Source: a virus. Taken from it: 64,000 nt of DNA. The position numbers and the translations under genes are program-made. Under the pieces are notes generated by a model, which was not told where the DNA came from, made no database searches, and was given only the letters and a program-made list of their open reading frames with translations. Positions 1 through 10,802 of this stretch are shown one piece after another; position 1 is the first letter of the stretch, and every line of letters begins with the position of its first letter. The DNA is taken from IMG/VR virus record IMGVR_UViG_3300043409_001318, positions 120,353 to 184,352 of that record; one strand, 5' to 3'.

Positions 1-1017
1 AGTTGGACTTCTGCCGGTGGTGATTATCATACCTCTCCTACGGCTTCATATTTCTTTAGCAAAGGCACAGAAGACCTTATAGTGGACGTAAGCCATATAG
101 TAGAACAATGGATAACTGGTAGTAAAACAAACTACGGATTTGGTGTAAAACTTTCATCAAGTCACGAACAAGCTGCACAATCATTTTATACTAAAAAATT
201 CTTTGCCAGAGGAACAGAATTCTTCTTTAAGAAACCAACATTAGAAGCTCGTTGGAATTCTGTTCGTCGCGACAATAGAGGTTATTTCTTTGCTTCTAGC
301 TCACTAGCTTCAGCAGCAGATAATCTAAATACAATTTATCTTTATAATGTAGTGAGAGGACAACTCAAAAATATCCCAGCAGTAGGAACAGGTAGCATAT
401 ATGTGAAAGTATTTACTGACTCTTCTGGTAGCACTACAATTACAACAACACCAAATACCCCTGTAACTGGTGGTTGGGTATCAACAGGGATTTATTCAGC
501 TTCGTTTGCTTTGAACACAACATCAAGTGAAGCATTTGATAGATGGTTTAATTCTACACTAACAACTTGTTTCCACACAGGAGCAATAGATATTTATGAT
601 TTAGATTCACAAGATTATAGCCCATCAAATAGGTATGTTGTTTCTTGTACAAATCTTAAAGCAATTTATTATCCAGAAGAACAAGCAAGGTTTCGTTTCT
701 TTACTCGTAAAAAAGATTGGTCACCCACTATTTATACTGTAGCAACAAGTTTCATACCATCGGAGATAATCGAAAGCGCGTCATACAAATTGGTTAGAGT
801 GTCAGATAACCTAGAAGTTATACCATACGGAACAGGTTCTTTATTACACACAGGTCTTTCTTATGATGTTTCTGGAAGTTATTTTGACTTGGATATGAAC
901 TTATTAGAAACAGATTATTCTTACCAGATTAAATTAAATTTTTATGATGGTGCTACAAATAGTTGGAAAGAGCAATCAGAAACCTTCAAATTCAGAGTAG
1001 AAAAGAATGAGCCTTAA
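1..1017 (+). CDS. 5'-partial virion structural protein with a DNRLRE-like region
   Basis: Frame is open from base 1 (SWTSAGGDYH...), so the start is upstream of the window. WT-x-GGD, DVSHIVEQW and NYGFGVK resemble DNRLRE-type domains. Ser/Thr-rich. Confidence 0.6.
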   Translation, partial: SWTSAGGDYHTSPTASYFFSKGTEDLIVDVSHIVEQWITGSKTNYGFGVKLSSSHEQAAQSFYTKKFFARGTEFFFKKPTLEARWNSVRRDNRGYFFASSSLASAADNLNTIYLYNVVRGQLKNIPAVGTGSIYVKVFTDSSGSTTITTTPNTPVTGGWVSTGIYSASFALNTTSSEAFDRWFNSTLTTCFHTGAIDIYDLDSQDYSPSNRYVVSCTNLKAIYYPEEQARFRFFTRKKDWSPTIYTVATSFIPSEIIESASYKLVRVSDNLEVIPYGTGSLLHTGLSYDVSGSYFDLDMNLLETDYSYQIKLNFYDGATNSWKEQSETFKFRVEKNEP

Positions 1018-4000
1018 AGATTACTTCTTAAAAAATACCACAATAATAAATCAAGCTAGTTCTCAAGATATTGAGCAAGAAGTAGATTCAAAAGGTTATT
1101 TAGAACAATTCAAAAAAGATAAAAATGAATTTGTTCCCTTGGTTGATTTTGAAGATCCAGCAAATTTTATATTCTTTGGTTCTGCTAGAAAACAATATTT
1201 AAGCACAATTTTTAGAATATACAACACTTATCCTTATGATGGTTCAAGAACAGAGAAACTTAAATGGCAAAATGAATCATCTTATTTTGATAAATGGTTT
1301 TTAACTAATAAGTATCCAAAAACTACTGGTTATGCAATTATCTCTGCTAATGGTTGGGGATCGAAAGTAGGAAGCACAGTTAGTGGTTATGGTGAACCAT
1401 TATCAAAAGAATATATACAATTTAAAGGTGGCCCAAATACAGCATCTATGGGTATGGCTGGTGTACCTATAAGCAATACCTTTGCTTATTCAAACATCTA
1501 TGATCCAGACACAAATAGAGTTTCTAATTTAGAATTGGAGACAACAGGTGGTGTTACAGTTGAATTTTGGTTAAAAAAAGATTCATTCAATACATCAAAC
1601 ACACAAAAAGAAGTTGTATTTGACCTTTGGAATAGTCAACTATCTTCAAGCACTTCTTATGGTAGATTAACTGTTGAATTATCTGGTAACACCTCTTCAC
1701 CATTTTATGTAACATTACAATCTGGTTCTGCTGGTTTTTATAACCAACAAATTGGTTCATCAGTTACAACTTCTTCTTTATCTACTTGGCATCATTACAC
1801 TTTAAGTTTTGTTAATAACTCTACAAGTGGAATAGATGTTAAATTTTATGTAGATGGTAACCTAAATACTTCTACAACATTAGGAACTTCTATTAACGAA
1901 GTTGCTGGTGCTTTAATAGCAAATGTTGGTGCTTTAAGAACTGCTCCGTCTGGTGTATTAGGTGTCAGTGAAGGTTGGGGTAAATTATCTGGTTCGCTAG
2001 ATGAATTTAGATATTGGAAAGTTAAAAGAACTTCGCAAGATATAGGAAGAAATTGGTGGTCCACTATTAACGGTGGTTCAAATACTGACGATTATAATAC
2101 AGATATTGGAGTATACTATAAATTCAATGAAGGTATCACTACTAATAATTCCAGAGACGCAGTAGTATTAGATTATTCTGGTCGTGTATCAAACGGTTAT
2201 TGGACAGGGTATACAAGTAATTCAAGAAATACAAGCTCTGCTATCAACGAATATAGCACAGATTATACAGAATTAGCAGAACCAATAATATATTCTAACC
2301 ATCCAAGCGTATCAAACGCAATAGAAGAATATACCCAATCTGGTTCATATTATGATTATAACAACCCTTCTTCAGTTTATAACTCTTTGCCACAATGGAT
2401 ATTGGATGAAGATGCGGAAAATGGTGAACAATTACTAGAACTTATTTCTATAATGTCAAGTTATCTTGATAAATTATATTTACAAATTAAAGCTGTTCCT
2501 TCGTTAAAAAATCAATATGATTTTGTATCTGGTAGTTCGGCAAAGCCTCTTCCTTATTCAAGAGAGTTATTAAACTCAACAGGCTTAACTTCTCCAGATT
2601 TATTTCTTGATGCTACAGTTTTTGAATCAATTTTATCAAGAACCAATACAGAACAATTTGAAGAAAATTTATACAATATAAAGAATTTAATTTATCAAAA
2701 CATATATTCAAATTTAGTAAACCTTTATAAGTCTAAAGGAACAGAAAAAGCATACAAGAATCTTTTACATTGTTTTGGTATAGATGAATCATTAGTAAAA
2801 ATTAATCTTTACACTTCTAATGTAACTTTTGAATTTAAAGACAGTTTTGAAACTCGCGCAATTAAAAAACGTATGTTGGACTTTAACAATCCAGATCGTA
2901 ATGTTTCTACAGTTTACCAATTTAAAGATTCAACAAATACCAATAGCACTTCTTATTTAACAGGTAATTTAGAATCTGTTTACGTTCCTGTTACAATTGA
3001 AGCAGAAGCATATTTTCCTGTAATACAATTAGATTTTGATGATTCATATAATAGCTTGTTTATCAATTCTTCAATATTTGGTATGCACGCAGCAAAAGTT
3101 GATGCTGATGATTTAACATGGGCTTCAACTGATTACGCAAACTTTCAAGTTAAATCACACAAATTTTCATTAGATTCAAAAGATGCTTATTTCTCAATTT
3201 CATCATCAGCACCGTTTCCAATACCATATTTAACATCAAGTTTATTTACAGACGTATATGATAATACTAAATGGAATTTTGCTGTATCAATACAACATAA
3301 TAAGAATAATTTATCTAATTTTGTATCTGGAAGTACGGATGTTGATTATACCTTAACGTTCTCTGGCTACAATTTAATGGGTGATACAACTATTAATGAG
3401 TTTTCAGTATCAGCTTCTATAGATAAAACAACAGCAACCAATTTTCTTTCATCTAATAAAAGATTATATGGTGGCGCAGAAAGAACTAATTTCAGTGGTT
3501 CTGTAATTACACAATCGGATATAAGATTAAGCGATCTTAAATATTGGAATCTTTATTTAGACGAAACAGAAATATTAGCACATTCAAGAGATTTAGAAAA
3601 TTACGGAACTTTAAATCCATTAAACAACACTTTAGCCTTTAATTTAAGCGCAAGTAACTTTGTTTTACCAGAATCAAAAGCTTTATTATTACACTTAAAC
3701 TTTGAGAATGTTACAGGTTCTGATTCAAACGGAAGATTCACAGTAATAGATGCTTCATCTGGTAGTGTTGGAAACCCATATAGATATCCAACTTGGCTTT
3801 CTTCTCTTACAGATAAACATTATACTGCTAGAGGTGATTATTTTACTACTAGTGATACAACAGTAATTGATACAAATTATATTGTTTCTGCCGTTCAAAA
3901 ATTACCAGAGTTGATTAATAGCTCTGATATGATTAATATCCTCACACAAGATGATGATATTTTTACAAAGGAATCAAGACCAGTTAAATATCAAATTAAT

Positions 4001-6868
4001 TTTGAAAAGAGTATGTACCAAACAATATCTAGCGAAATGCTTAAGATGTTTGCTACTATAACAGAATTCAATAATCTTATTGGTAGACCAGTAAATAAAT
4101 ATAGATCAGAATATAAAGATATTAAATATCTAAAACAATTATTCTTTGAGAAAGTAGGTAACGAACCAGATCTTGATAAATATTTGGATTTCTATAAATG
4201 GTTTGATTCAGCACTTGGCTCATTCTTAATACAATTTACACCAGCTTCAGCAGATACTTCTAATGGTCTTTTGAATGTAATTGAAAGCCATGTATTGGAA
4301 AGAAATAAATATCAACATAAGTTTCCTTCATTAGAGTTTAAACAAAGAGATTTAGAAGCTGGTGCTGAAACAATTAATCGCCACCTCTACAATTGGAGAG
4401 TTGGTCACCGCCCAATATCGAATAGAGAAGATGATAATTGTTTTTATTGGAACGAAAGAGCAGAACGTAATGTAGTCCCAATATCTTCATCAAATAGCGG
4501 TGTAAATGAATCAAGAAAACAAATATTAAATGTTTCTTTACAAGTTCTTAATCGCTCATTTACCACACCATATCACTTTAAACTTGATGAAAACAAAGCA
4601 ATTCAAGGTGGAGTAAACTTTGATAATAATAAGAACCTTGAATTTGCTACTATTGCTCTTGCTCCTCACGGTCCTATGGATGCAGATAGTATAATCAATG
4701 TTCCAGCTAACTATCTATTTGCTGGTGTTCCAAATACTTCATCACTACTTCAAGATTGTAATGATGTTTTAGATCCAAATAAGAAAGTCAAATATCATTT
4801 CACAACTATTCACGGCAGAGATTATCTTTCATCTTCATTAAGTTATGGAGAAGTATTAAGTTCTAAAATTGCCTTACCAGCTAACTTTATAAGTGGAACG
4901 ATAAATACTGGTTATCAATCACAAGTAGCAAGAGAATTTATGAATGGAGTTATAATAACTAACATTCACAACGATACTTATGGTTCAAGAAACGAAGTTC
5001 CAATTCAAGGTCCATTTACAAATCAATGGGTTGGTGGTCGTCAATCAAGACACGTTCCATTAAACCAAGGCACAGATACCTACACAACTCGTCCAGAAGC
5101 TTGGAAGATACTTATGGGTACTGGTAGCTTCTCTGGCTCATATCAAACAGCCATAGGCTTTGTAGGGGCTGATTATCCATATCCAGAAGGTAACGAGGAT
5201 GAACCATCATATCCAGTTCGTGCTCATTTAAGAGCCACATATTTAAGAGACGAAACAGTAAAAAGACCAGTAAATATAAGAAATATTCAATCTTCTACTG
5301 GTTCTTTAGCACTTGGTAATTACAGACACAGTTATGAGGTTCTTCACTCTGTTGGTACAACTACAAATAACAGAATGTTGGTTGATGCTATAAATCCAAC
5401 AATCAACACAGAATTGTATGGAATCTTAAGAACGGATATAACTGATGGAAGAGTAGATTTTGAATTACCAGTTAGAGCAAGATCAACAACAATATTTAGA
5501 AATAAATTTTCTGCTCCCGGTGATTACAGAACAATGTCGAGAGGTTATTTAACTCGTTATTCAGAAGAAACCTCACCTTACAACGCTTTACCGTTTAGAA
5601 ATCGTCAAATTATTGGTGATGGAAGAAGAAATGCAGAATCTATAACAGTTGATACAACACAATATCCACAAATTGTTTCTGGTTCATCAAAAGATTTAAA
5701 TACACTTCTTACAATTCCATCTGCATTTGGTGGTTATCAATCTGGTTCTACCACGATACCTTCATTACATAAGATTCAAAGAAATACTTATCCAATAGTT
5801 ATTTCATCTTCAACTGGTTTTCAATTAACTGATGCAAAAGATAATGGATTTGTAACTCACGCTATACCACAATCGGATGAAGGTTATAGTTGGATTACTG
5901 CTTCTATGGCCCCAAATACTTCAAGAAGGTCAACATACTTAGCTGGTTTAAGATTAGGACCAGCTAGATTATTTAGTAGATTTTCTACTGCATCTGGTAG
6001 CACTTCCGAGTATATTAAAAATACATTTATATCTTCAAGTGATATAGTAAGTTATTTCGATGGTTCTAATAGAAAATTTCCAGCAGATATTACACAACCA
6101 AGTATAAGTGGATTGGAACCAATATATGTAGACTTTGTTGGATTAAATTCAAATATTTATGAAGTATCTTCTTATGAAAGTTTAGGAAATACTGGTTCTA
6201 TATTAACAGAATATACTGGTGGACTAGTTCAACAAGTGGTTACAGCTAATAACCAACAAAGTGGAATATTTAATGCTTTGTTACTTCACAGAAATGGTCC
6301 ATATGGATATCCTATTTTTAAACAAATAAGAACTGGTGAACATAGAGTAGCAAGAAATCTTAGAGAAGATAATTATATTTCTATAGATAAAGGATTTAGG
6401 CTTGTAAGTGTTGTTTACCGTGGTTCTCCTAGAAGATTCTTTCCAATTACAGAACAAATAGTTGGAACCGAACTTGGAACAGAAATTTACAGAGAACCAT
6501 CAGTAGAATTAAATTCTTTGCCTTTAATAATAAAAATTAAAGATATGCTAACACCAGAGACACCAACTTATATAACTCTTAAAACATCATACGAAAATTT
6601 AATAAAGAATTTTTCAAATGATGATTTAAATTCAATATTAAACTTGCCTAAATTTAAAAATGAAGTTACTGTTTATGATACATTATTATCTTTACAAAAT
6701 TTACGCAATACAAGATATATAATACAACAGATAGAATATGAAACAGTAGTATTTCCAAGTCCAAGAAATACTACACTTGAATCCAATAGAGAAAGAACAA
6801 ACTTCTCATTTAATTGGAGAGATTCTAGAAGCAACAGAACAAGAACAAACGTTACAAATATATTTTAG
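1007..6868 (+). CDS. Large baseplate/tail protein (1953 aa) with LamG-like domains and a P2 gpI-like wedge motif
   Basis: LamG motifs TVEFWLKK, WHHYTLSF, FYVDG, GSLDEFRYW, plus a second degenerate copy (LSDLKYWN). NLYKSKGT...FGI resembles the gpI/wedge motif. Confidence 0.7.
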   Translation: MSLKDYFLKNTTIINQASSQDIEQEVDSKGYLEQFKKDKNEFVPLVDFEDPANFIFFGSARKQYLSTIFRIYNTYPYDGSRTEKLKWQNESSYFDKWFLTNKYPKTTGYAIISANGWGSKVGSTVSGYGEPLSKEYIQFKGGPNTASMGMAGVPISNTFAYSNIYDPDTNRVSNLELETTGGVTVEFWLKKDSFNTSNTQKEVVFDLWNSQLSSSTSYGRLTVELSGNTSSPFYVTLQSGSAGFYNQQIGSSVTTSSLSTWHHYTLSFVNNSTSGIDVKFYVDGNLNTSTTLGTSINEVAGALIANVGALRTAPSGVLGVSEGWGKLSGSLDEFRYWKVKRTSQDIGRNWWSTINGGSNTDDYNTDIGVYYKFNEGITTNNSRDAVVLDYSGRVSNGYWTGYTSNSRNTSSAINEYSTDYTELAEPIIYSNHPSVSNAIEEYTQSGSYYDYNNPSSVYNSLPQWILDEDAENGEQLLELISIMSSYLDKLYLQIKAVPSLKNQYDFVSGSSAKPLPYSRELLNSTGLTSPDLFLDATVFESILSRTNTEQFEENLYNIKNLIYQNIYSNLVNLYKSKGTEKAYKNLLHCFGIDESLVKINLYTSNVTFEFKDSFETRAIKKRMLDFNNPDRNVSTVYQFKDSTNTNSTSYLTGNLESVYVPVTIEAEAYFPVIQLDFDDSYNSLFINSSIFGMHAAKVDADDLTWASTDYANFQVKSHKFSLDSKDAYFSISSSAPFPIPYLTSSLFTDVYDNTKWNFAVSIQHNKNNLSNFVSGSTDVDYTLTFSGYNLMGDTTINEFSVSASIDKTTATNFLSSNKRLYGGAERTNFSGSVITQSDIRLSDLKYWNLYLDETEILAHSRDLENYGTLNPLNNTLAFNLSASNFVLPESKALLLHLNFENVTGSDSNGRFTVIDASSGSVGNPYRYPTWLSSLTDKHYTARGDYFTTSDTTVIDTNYIVSAVQKLPELINSSDMINILTQDDDIFTKESRPVKYQINFEKSMYQTISSEMLKMFATITEFNNLIGRPVNKYRSEYKDIKYLKQLFFEKVGNEPDLDKYLDFYKWFDSALGSFLIQFTPASADTSNGLLNVIESHVLERNKYQHKFPSLEFKQRDLEAGAETINRHLYNWRVGHRPISNREDDNCFYWNERAERNVVPISSSNSGVNESRKQILNVSLQVLNRSFTTPYHFKLDENKAIQGGVNFDNNKNLEFATIALAPHGPMDADSIINVPANYLFAGVPNTSSLLQDCNDVLDPNKKVKYHFTTIHGRDYLSSSLSYGEVLSSKIALPANFISGTINTGYQSQVAREFMNGVIITNIHNDTYGSRNEVPIQGPFTNQWVGGRQSRHVPLNQGTDTYTTRPEAWKILMGTGSFSGSYQTAIGFVGADYPYPEGNEDEPSYPVRAHLRATYLRDETVKRPVNIRNIQSSTGSLALGNYRHSYEVLHSVGTTTNNRMLVDAINPTINTELYGILRTDITDGRVDFELPVRARSTTIFRNKFSAPGDYRTMSRGYLTRYSEETSPYNALPFRNRQIIGDGRRNAESITVDTTQYPQIVSGSSKDLNTLLTIPSAFGGYQSGSTTIPSLHKIQRNTYPIVISSSTGFQLTDAKDNGFVTHAIPQSDEGYSWITASMAPNTSRRSTYLAGLRLGPARLFSRFSTASGSTSEYIKNTFISSSDIVSYFDGSNRKFPADITQPSISGLEPIYVDFVGLNSNIYEVSSYESLGNTGSILTEYTGGLVQQVVTANNQQSGIFNALLLHRNGPYGYPIFKQIRTGEHRVARNLREDNYISIDKGFRLVSVVYRGSPRRFFPITEQIVGTELGTEIYREPSVELNSLPLIIKIKDMLTPETPTYITLKTSYENLIKNFSNDDLNSILNLPKFKNEVTVYDTLLSLQNLRNTRYIIQQIEYETVVFPSPRNTTLESNRERTNFSFNWRDSRSNRTRTNVTNIF

Positions 6869-6876
6869 GGAGTAGC

Positions 6877-9726
6877 ATGAGCATAACAATACCAAGTCAA
6901 AGTATGTGGCCTTTAGATGGAAGATTAAACTATAACGCTCCTTCCACAACTGGTTCTACTGGTGGCGAAGGTATACTCCAAAATAATTATTCTTTTCTTA
7001 CTGGTTCTGTATTATCTAATTTTACTTCATCAATAAGTTATATTTATAAACATTCTATACAATCACAGGCAAGCGTTAAATCAAAATCTGGTATCTCACA
7101 TATTATTACTAGTAGTACCTCTATACCAACTTCATCATTATATATAAACACAGCAAATTGGGATGTAGCAAACCAAGCAGGAAAAGGTCCATATTACGAT
7201 AATTATGAATCTTGGTTAGGTGTTTCAAAATATGCTACAAAAGAGTATAGTATATTACCAGAATATAAGATTAGTGATGCCGGATTGAGAGTTTATAATG
7301 ATAATACTTTAGATTTAACATCTGGTGATGATTACTTCTTAAGTTTGACGGGAGCCTTATATTCTTCTTCAATTGAAACAAATTTTTATGAAACGTTCGC
7401 TCACTCAGACAATAATGAAAAATTATTAAAGATAGTAACTGATATTCCAAATAGCACAGGTAAAATTGATATTGATATTTCAGCACTAATAAAATTTAAT
7501 CCATATGAAGGTTTTTATCCAGCAGAAAGAACAGTTCAATTAGCAACATTATTTTCTTCTTCTTATGCTGATAAGTTTTTCTACTCTAAAAGCGGAACAA
7601 GAGTTACAAGTTCGGCAGATAAAAAAGCATTATTAGGTAAAGCAATACAACCATTTTATGCACCCGGAATTATGTTTAATACAATTAAATCTGGTATTGC
7701 TGTTGATTACCCTTTAATAAGTTCGTCAATTACTAGTGATAGAAGAATATACACAACTGTAGATACAAGTAATTGGGTAATCACGAACAATAGATTTGAT
7801 TATAGATTACCATTTGAAGCAATAATTTATCCAGAACAATATTATGATAGAGCAGTTGATATGAACCCAAATCCATCAGCAAGTTTTGGTTATACTTCAT
7901 CTTTAAATGGAAACTTTACTGCTGATTATTATTCTACTGCTGTTAACAACTTTCTTGGTGAGGTAGAAGACTTCTTTGTAAATAAAGATAATTCTACTAT
8001 AGAAATTATTCCAAACACACTTGGATTAAGTTTTGGAGGCGATACATCAAAAGTTAATATTTCTCAAAATAAATTAGGTAAACAATATTCTGCTTTATTA
8101 AAATTATATAAAACAACAGACGAGACTGTAAGATTAACAACTAATTTCACACCATTTAATACCTCGTCCGCTCCAACTCCACAAACGTTTGAAGAAGAAA
8201 GTATAACTATGTATTCTCTTCCAACTGCTTTTGGACCTCCTTGTGGTGGTGGAATACTAAATACTAATGATAGTGCCACCAATTCAAGCGGTACTATAGA
8301 TACATTAAACGGTTATAATGCTCCATTTACACCTCCTTATTATGACGGAGAAGCTTGGGCTTTTATAGATTTTACACCAACAAGAGCAGATACTTATACT
8401 ATGGATGAAATTTTTAATTCATCCAGCATAACTTATTTAAGATATGAATTTAATTCTGCCAGCATTAATGATGGGTTTGGTTATGAATATGGAGATAGTG
8501 AAACCAAAAACGAACCTCATGGTTGGGATAATATTAACGAAAATGCCATGCAACTTAATGCTTCAGTTAACATAACAGCAACTCCAACTTCTTGGTTGAT
8601 AAGTCCTAAATTTGAAACTCCAATATTAAATTTTAATCCTGCTTATACGGGATATCAAATGAATACAGGTTCAGTAGATGATACTCCCGGTGTAAGTATG
8701 ATGCCAAGAGGTATGTGGCATCAATATGGGGTAAAACCATCAGTAGATCAAGGTATTTTTTTAAAGATTGGAGATATACCAGAAAGTTATAAAAAATATG
8801 GTAGTAGAAGTTCTTTAAGAGTTACTGGAACCGTTTATGCTAATCCGTCATTAACTGGTTCCCTTCTAACAGATATATTTAGATTTGATGGTGATAAGAA
8901 TATGAAATTAGGTAAAGTAAAAGATTTTAAAGATGTAGCTGAAGCAATTGTAGCTATACCGTTTACAATCAAAAATAATAAAAGAGAATTTTTTGTAATA
9001 CCACTACATTATCAATATCCAGAAAAAGTAAAATTTGAAGGTTTTGTTGGAACAGATAGAACTAATGATCCAGTATATGGTCCATACAATATTTCTGGTG
9101 AAACAATAAGATTGTATAATGATTGTTTAAATCTAATTAATAGACAAAAAACTTATATGAAAAAATATAATTTACCACCTCATTTTGATAGTTCAAAGTA
9201 TTTAAATGTACCAAAATATTTAATGTTTTTTGCTGAGTTTAACGAGGCATTAAATCAACAAGACTTAATTGATTTGTGGCAAAATATACTTCCATCTATT
9301 GGTGTTTCTGATTCATTAAAAATAAAATCAAATACAATATCAGATATACCTATTCAATTATTTAATGATAAAGTTAAATATGCTTTAGAACCAGTAATTG
9401 AAACTGGAAATGTTAGGACAACTACCGAAGACGGGGATACTTTAAATACGTCAGATTCACAAGTTGTTGGAAGTACCGAATCTGAATTTATACAAGGTGA
9501 TGATGATCTTATCAATTATACAATACTTGATAAGATTGAAAATCTACAGTGGTTATTTTTTAAAGTAAAACAAAATTCAACAACACTTATTAAACAATCA
9601 TCAAATGCAAGCGCAAACAGTATTCCATTATCGTATCCTAATCCAACAAATATTTATCACAATTGGCCTTACGATCAATTTTCTTTAATAGAGAGCGCAA
9701 AGATTAAAATTAAATACAAGAACTAA
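6877..9726 (+). CDS. Virion structural protein (949 aa), probably baseplate-associated
   Basis: Long ORF with GGGAG upstream; Ser/Thr/Asn-rich; structural-gene context. Confidence 0.6.
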   Translation: MSITIPSQSMWPLDGRLNYNAPSTTGSTGGEGILQNNYSFLTGSVLSNFTSSISYIYKHSIQSQASVKSKSGISHIITSSTSIPTSSLYINTANWDVANQAGKGPYYDNYESWLGVSKYATKEYSILPEYKISDAGLRVYNDNTLDLTSGDDYFLSLTGALYSSSIETNFYETFAHSDNNEKLLKIVTDIPNSTGKIDIDISALIKFNPYEGFYPAERTVQLATLFSSSYADKFFYSKSGTRVTSSADKKALLGKAIQPFYAPGIMFNTIKSGIAVDYPLISSSITSDRRIYTTVDTSNWVITNNRFDYRLPFEAIIYPEQYYDRAVDMNPNPSASFGYTSSLNGNFTADYYSTAVNNFLGEVEDFFVNKDNSTIEIIPNTLGLSFGGDTSKVNISQNKLGKQYSALLKLYKTTDETVRLTTNFTPFNTSSAPTPQTFEEESITMYSLPTAFGPPCGGGILNTNDSATNSSGTIDTLNGYNAPFTPPYYDGEAWAFIDFTPTRADTYTMDEIFNSSSITYLRYEFNSASINDGFGYEYGDSETKNEPHGWDNINENAMQLNASVNITATPTSWLISPKFETPILNFNPAYTGYQMNTGSVDDTPGVSMMPRGMWHQYGVKPSVDQGIFLKIGDIPESYKKYGSRSSLRVTGTVYANPSLTGSLLTDIFRFDGDKNMKLGKVKDFKDVAEAIVAIPFTIKNNKREFFVIPLHYQYPEKVKFEGFVGTDRTNDPVYGPYNISGETIRLYNDCLNLINRQKTYMKKYNLPPHFDSSKYLNVPKYLMFFAEFNEALNQQDLIDLWQNILPSIGVSDSLKIKSNTISDIPIQLFNDKVKYALEPVIETGNVRTTTEDGDTLNTSDSQVVGSTESEFIQGDDDLINYTILDKIENLQWLFFKVKQNSTTLIKQSSNASANSIPLSYPNPTNIYHNWPYDQFSLIESAKIKIKYKN

Positions 9727-9746
9727 TTACAGAGTAGGAAACATAT

Positions 9747-10802
9747 ATGTCATTTCTTAACTCCAAAGAAGAAGTCCTTGATATTCAACTAACTCCGTAT
9801 GGAAAGTTTCTTTATTCACAAGGCAAATTAAAACCTACTTACTATACTTTCTTTGATGATGATATTATATATGATAATCAATACGCATCTGTTACAGAAT
9901 CACAAAACAGTATAGAACCAAGAATTCAAGAAGAAACACCTTATAATATGTGTCTTGCTAACAACTTTCCAGCAGAGACAAACTTAAGAAAAAGTTTTGA
10001 TGTTATAAATCCAAATATAGATAATCAACTCTTTACCTTTACTAAAATATTAGGAACATCGGATTTAGATTTGAATTATGGTGCTTCTTGGGATGTAAAA
10101 TTAATCAAAGGAAGTATCACTAATTTTAGTTCAAATTTTACAGGCTCCAATCAACAATCTATTAATGTTCCTCAATTAAACACACCTGTTATATATGAAA
10201 CTTCTATCAACAAAGTTTTGGTTAGTAGAACAAGTGACAGAGTTCCTATAACACCAGAAGATTATGCAGCAGCAGAATTGGGTGCTGGTATGGTTGACGA
10301 TACAACAACTAATTTAGAAAGCATTATACAAAAAGCAAGAGAAAATAATAATTACAACACTTTTAATATGTCTGGTAGATTTGAAGATGGTACTGCTGTG
10401 TTAGTTGAGGAAAAATCTGTTATTATTGATATATCAGAGAAAAATACTCAACTAATAAGTGATATGTATGAAATAGAAGTATTTAGATACGATAAGGATT
10501 CTTCTGGTAATGATTTATTAACAAAATTGTTTTTTAAACACAAAAAACCAACGATAGTGAATAATATTCTTTTAGACGATCAACAACAAAATGACATAGA
10601 AATTACAAGAGACTTTGTTGAATATTACTTTAATGTATTTGTAGATAATGAAATAGATAATCAAGTTGTTTGCGATTATATCCAACCAACACAGAAAGGA
10701 AGAAATACTATGGTTACTATTGTTTCTTGCGACGAAACAACGTCCCAGCAAATAACCAATAGCCTTTATAACACTAATGCTAAGGCTAGGGGGATTTGTT
10801 GA
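9747..10802 (+). CDS. Virion protein; N-terminus paralogous to 16473..17387
   Basis: MSFLN..LDIQLTPYGK..FFDDDIIY aligns by eye with MGFLDN..LDAVLTDTGR..LGDDEINY. Confidence 0.55.
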   Translation: MSFLNSKEEVLDIQLTPYGKFLYSQGKLKPTYYTFFDDDIIYDNQYASVTESQNSIEPRIQEETPYNMCLANNFPAETNLRKSFDVINPNIDNQLFTFTKILGTSDLDLNYGASWDVKLIKGSITNFSSNFTGSNQQSINVPQLNTPVIYETSINKVLVSRTSDRVPITPEDYAAAELGAGMVDDTTTNLESIIQKARENNNYNTFNMSGRFEDGTAVLVEEKSVIIDISEKNTQLISDMYEIEVFRYDKDSSGNDLLTKLFFKHKKPTIVNNILLDDQQQNDIEITRDFVEYYFNVFVDNEIDNQVVCDYIQPTQKGRNTMVTIVSCDETTSQQITNSLYNTNAKARGIC

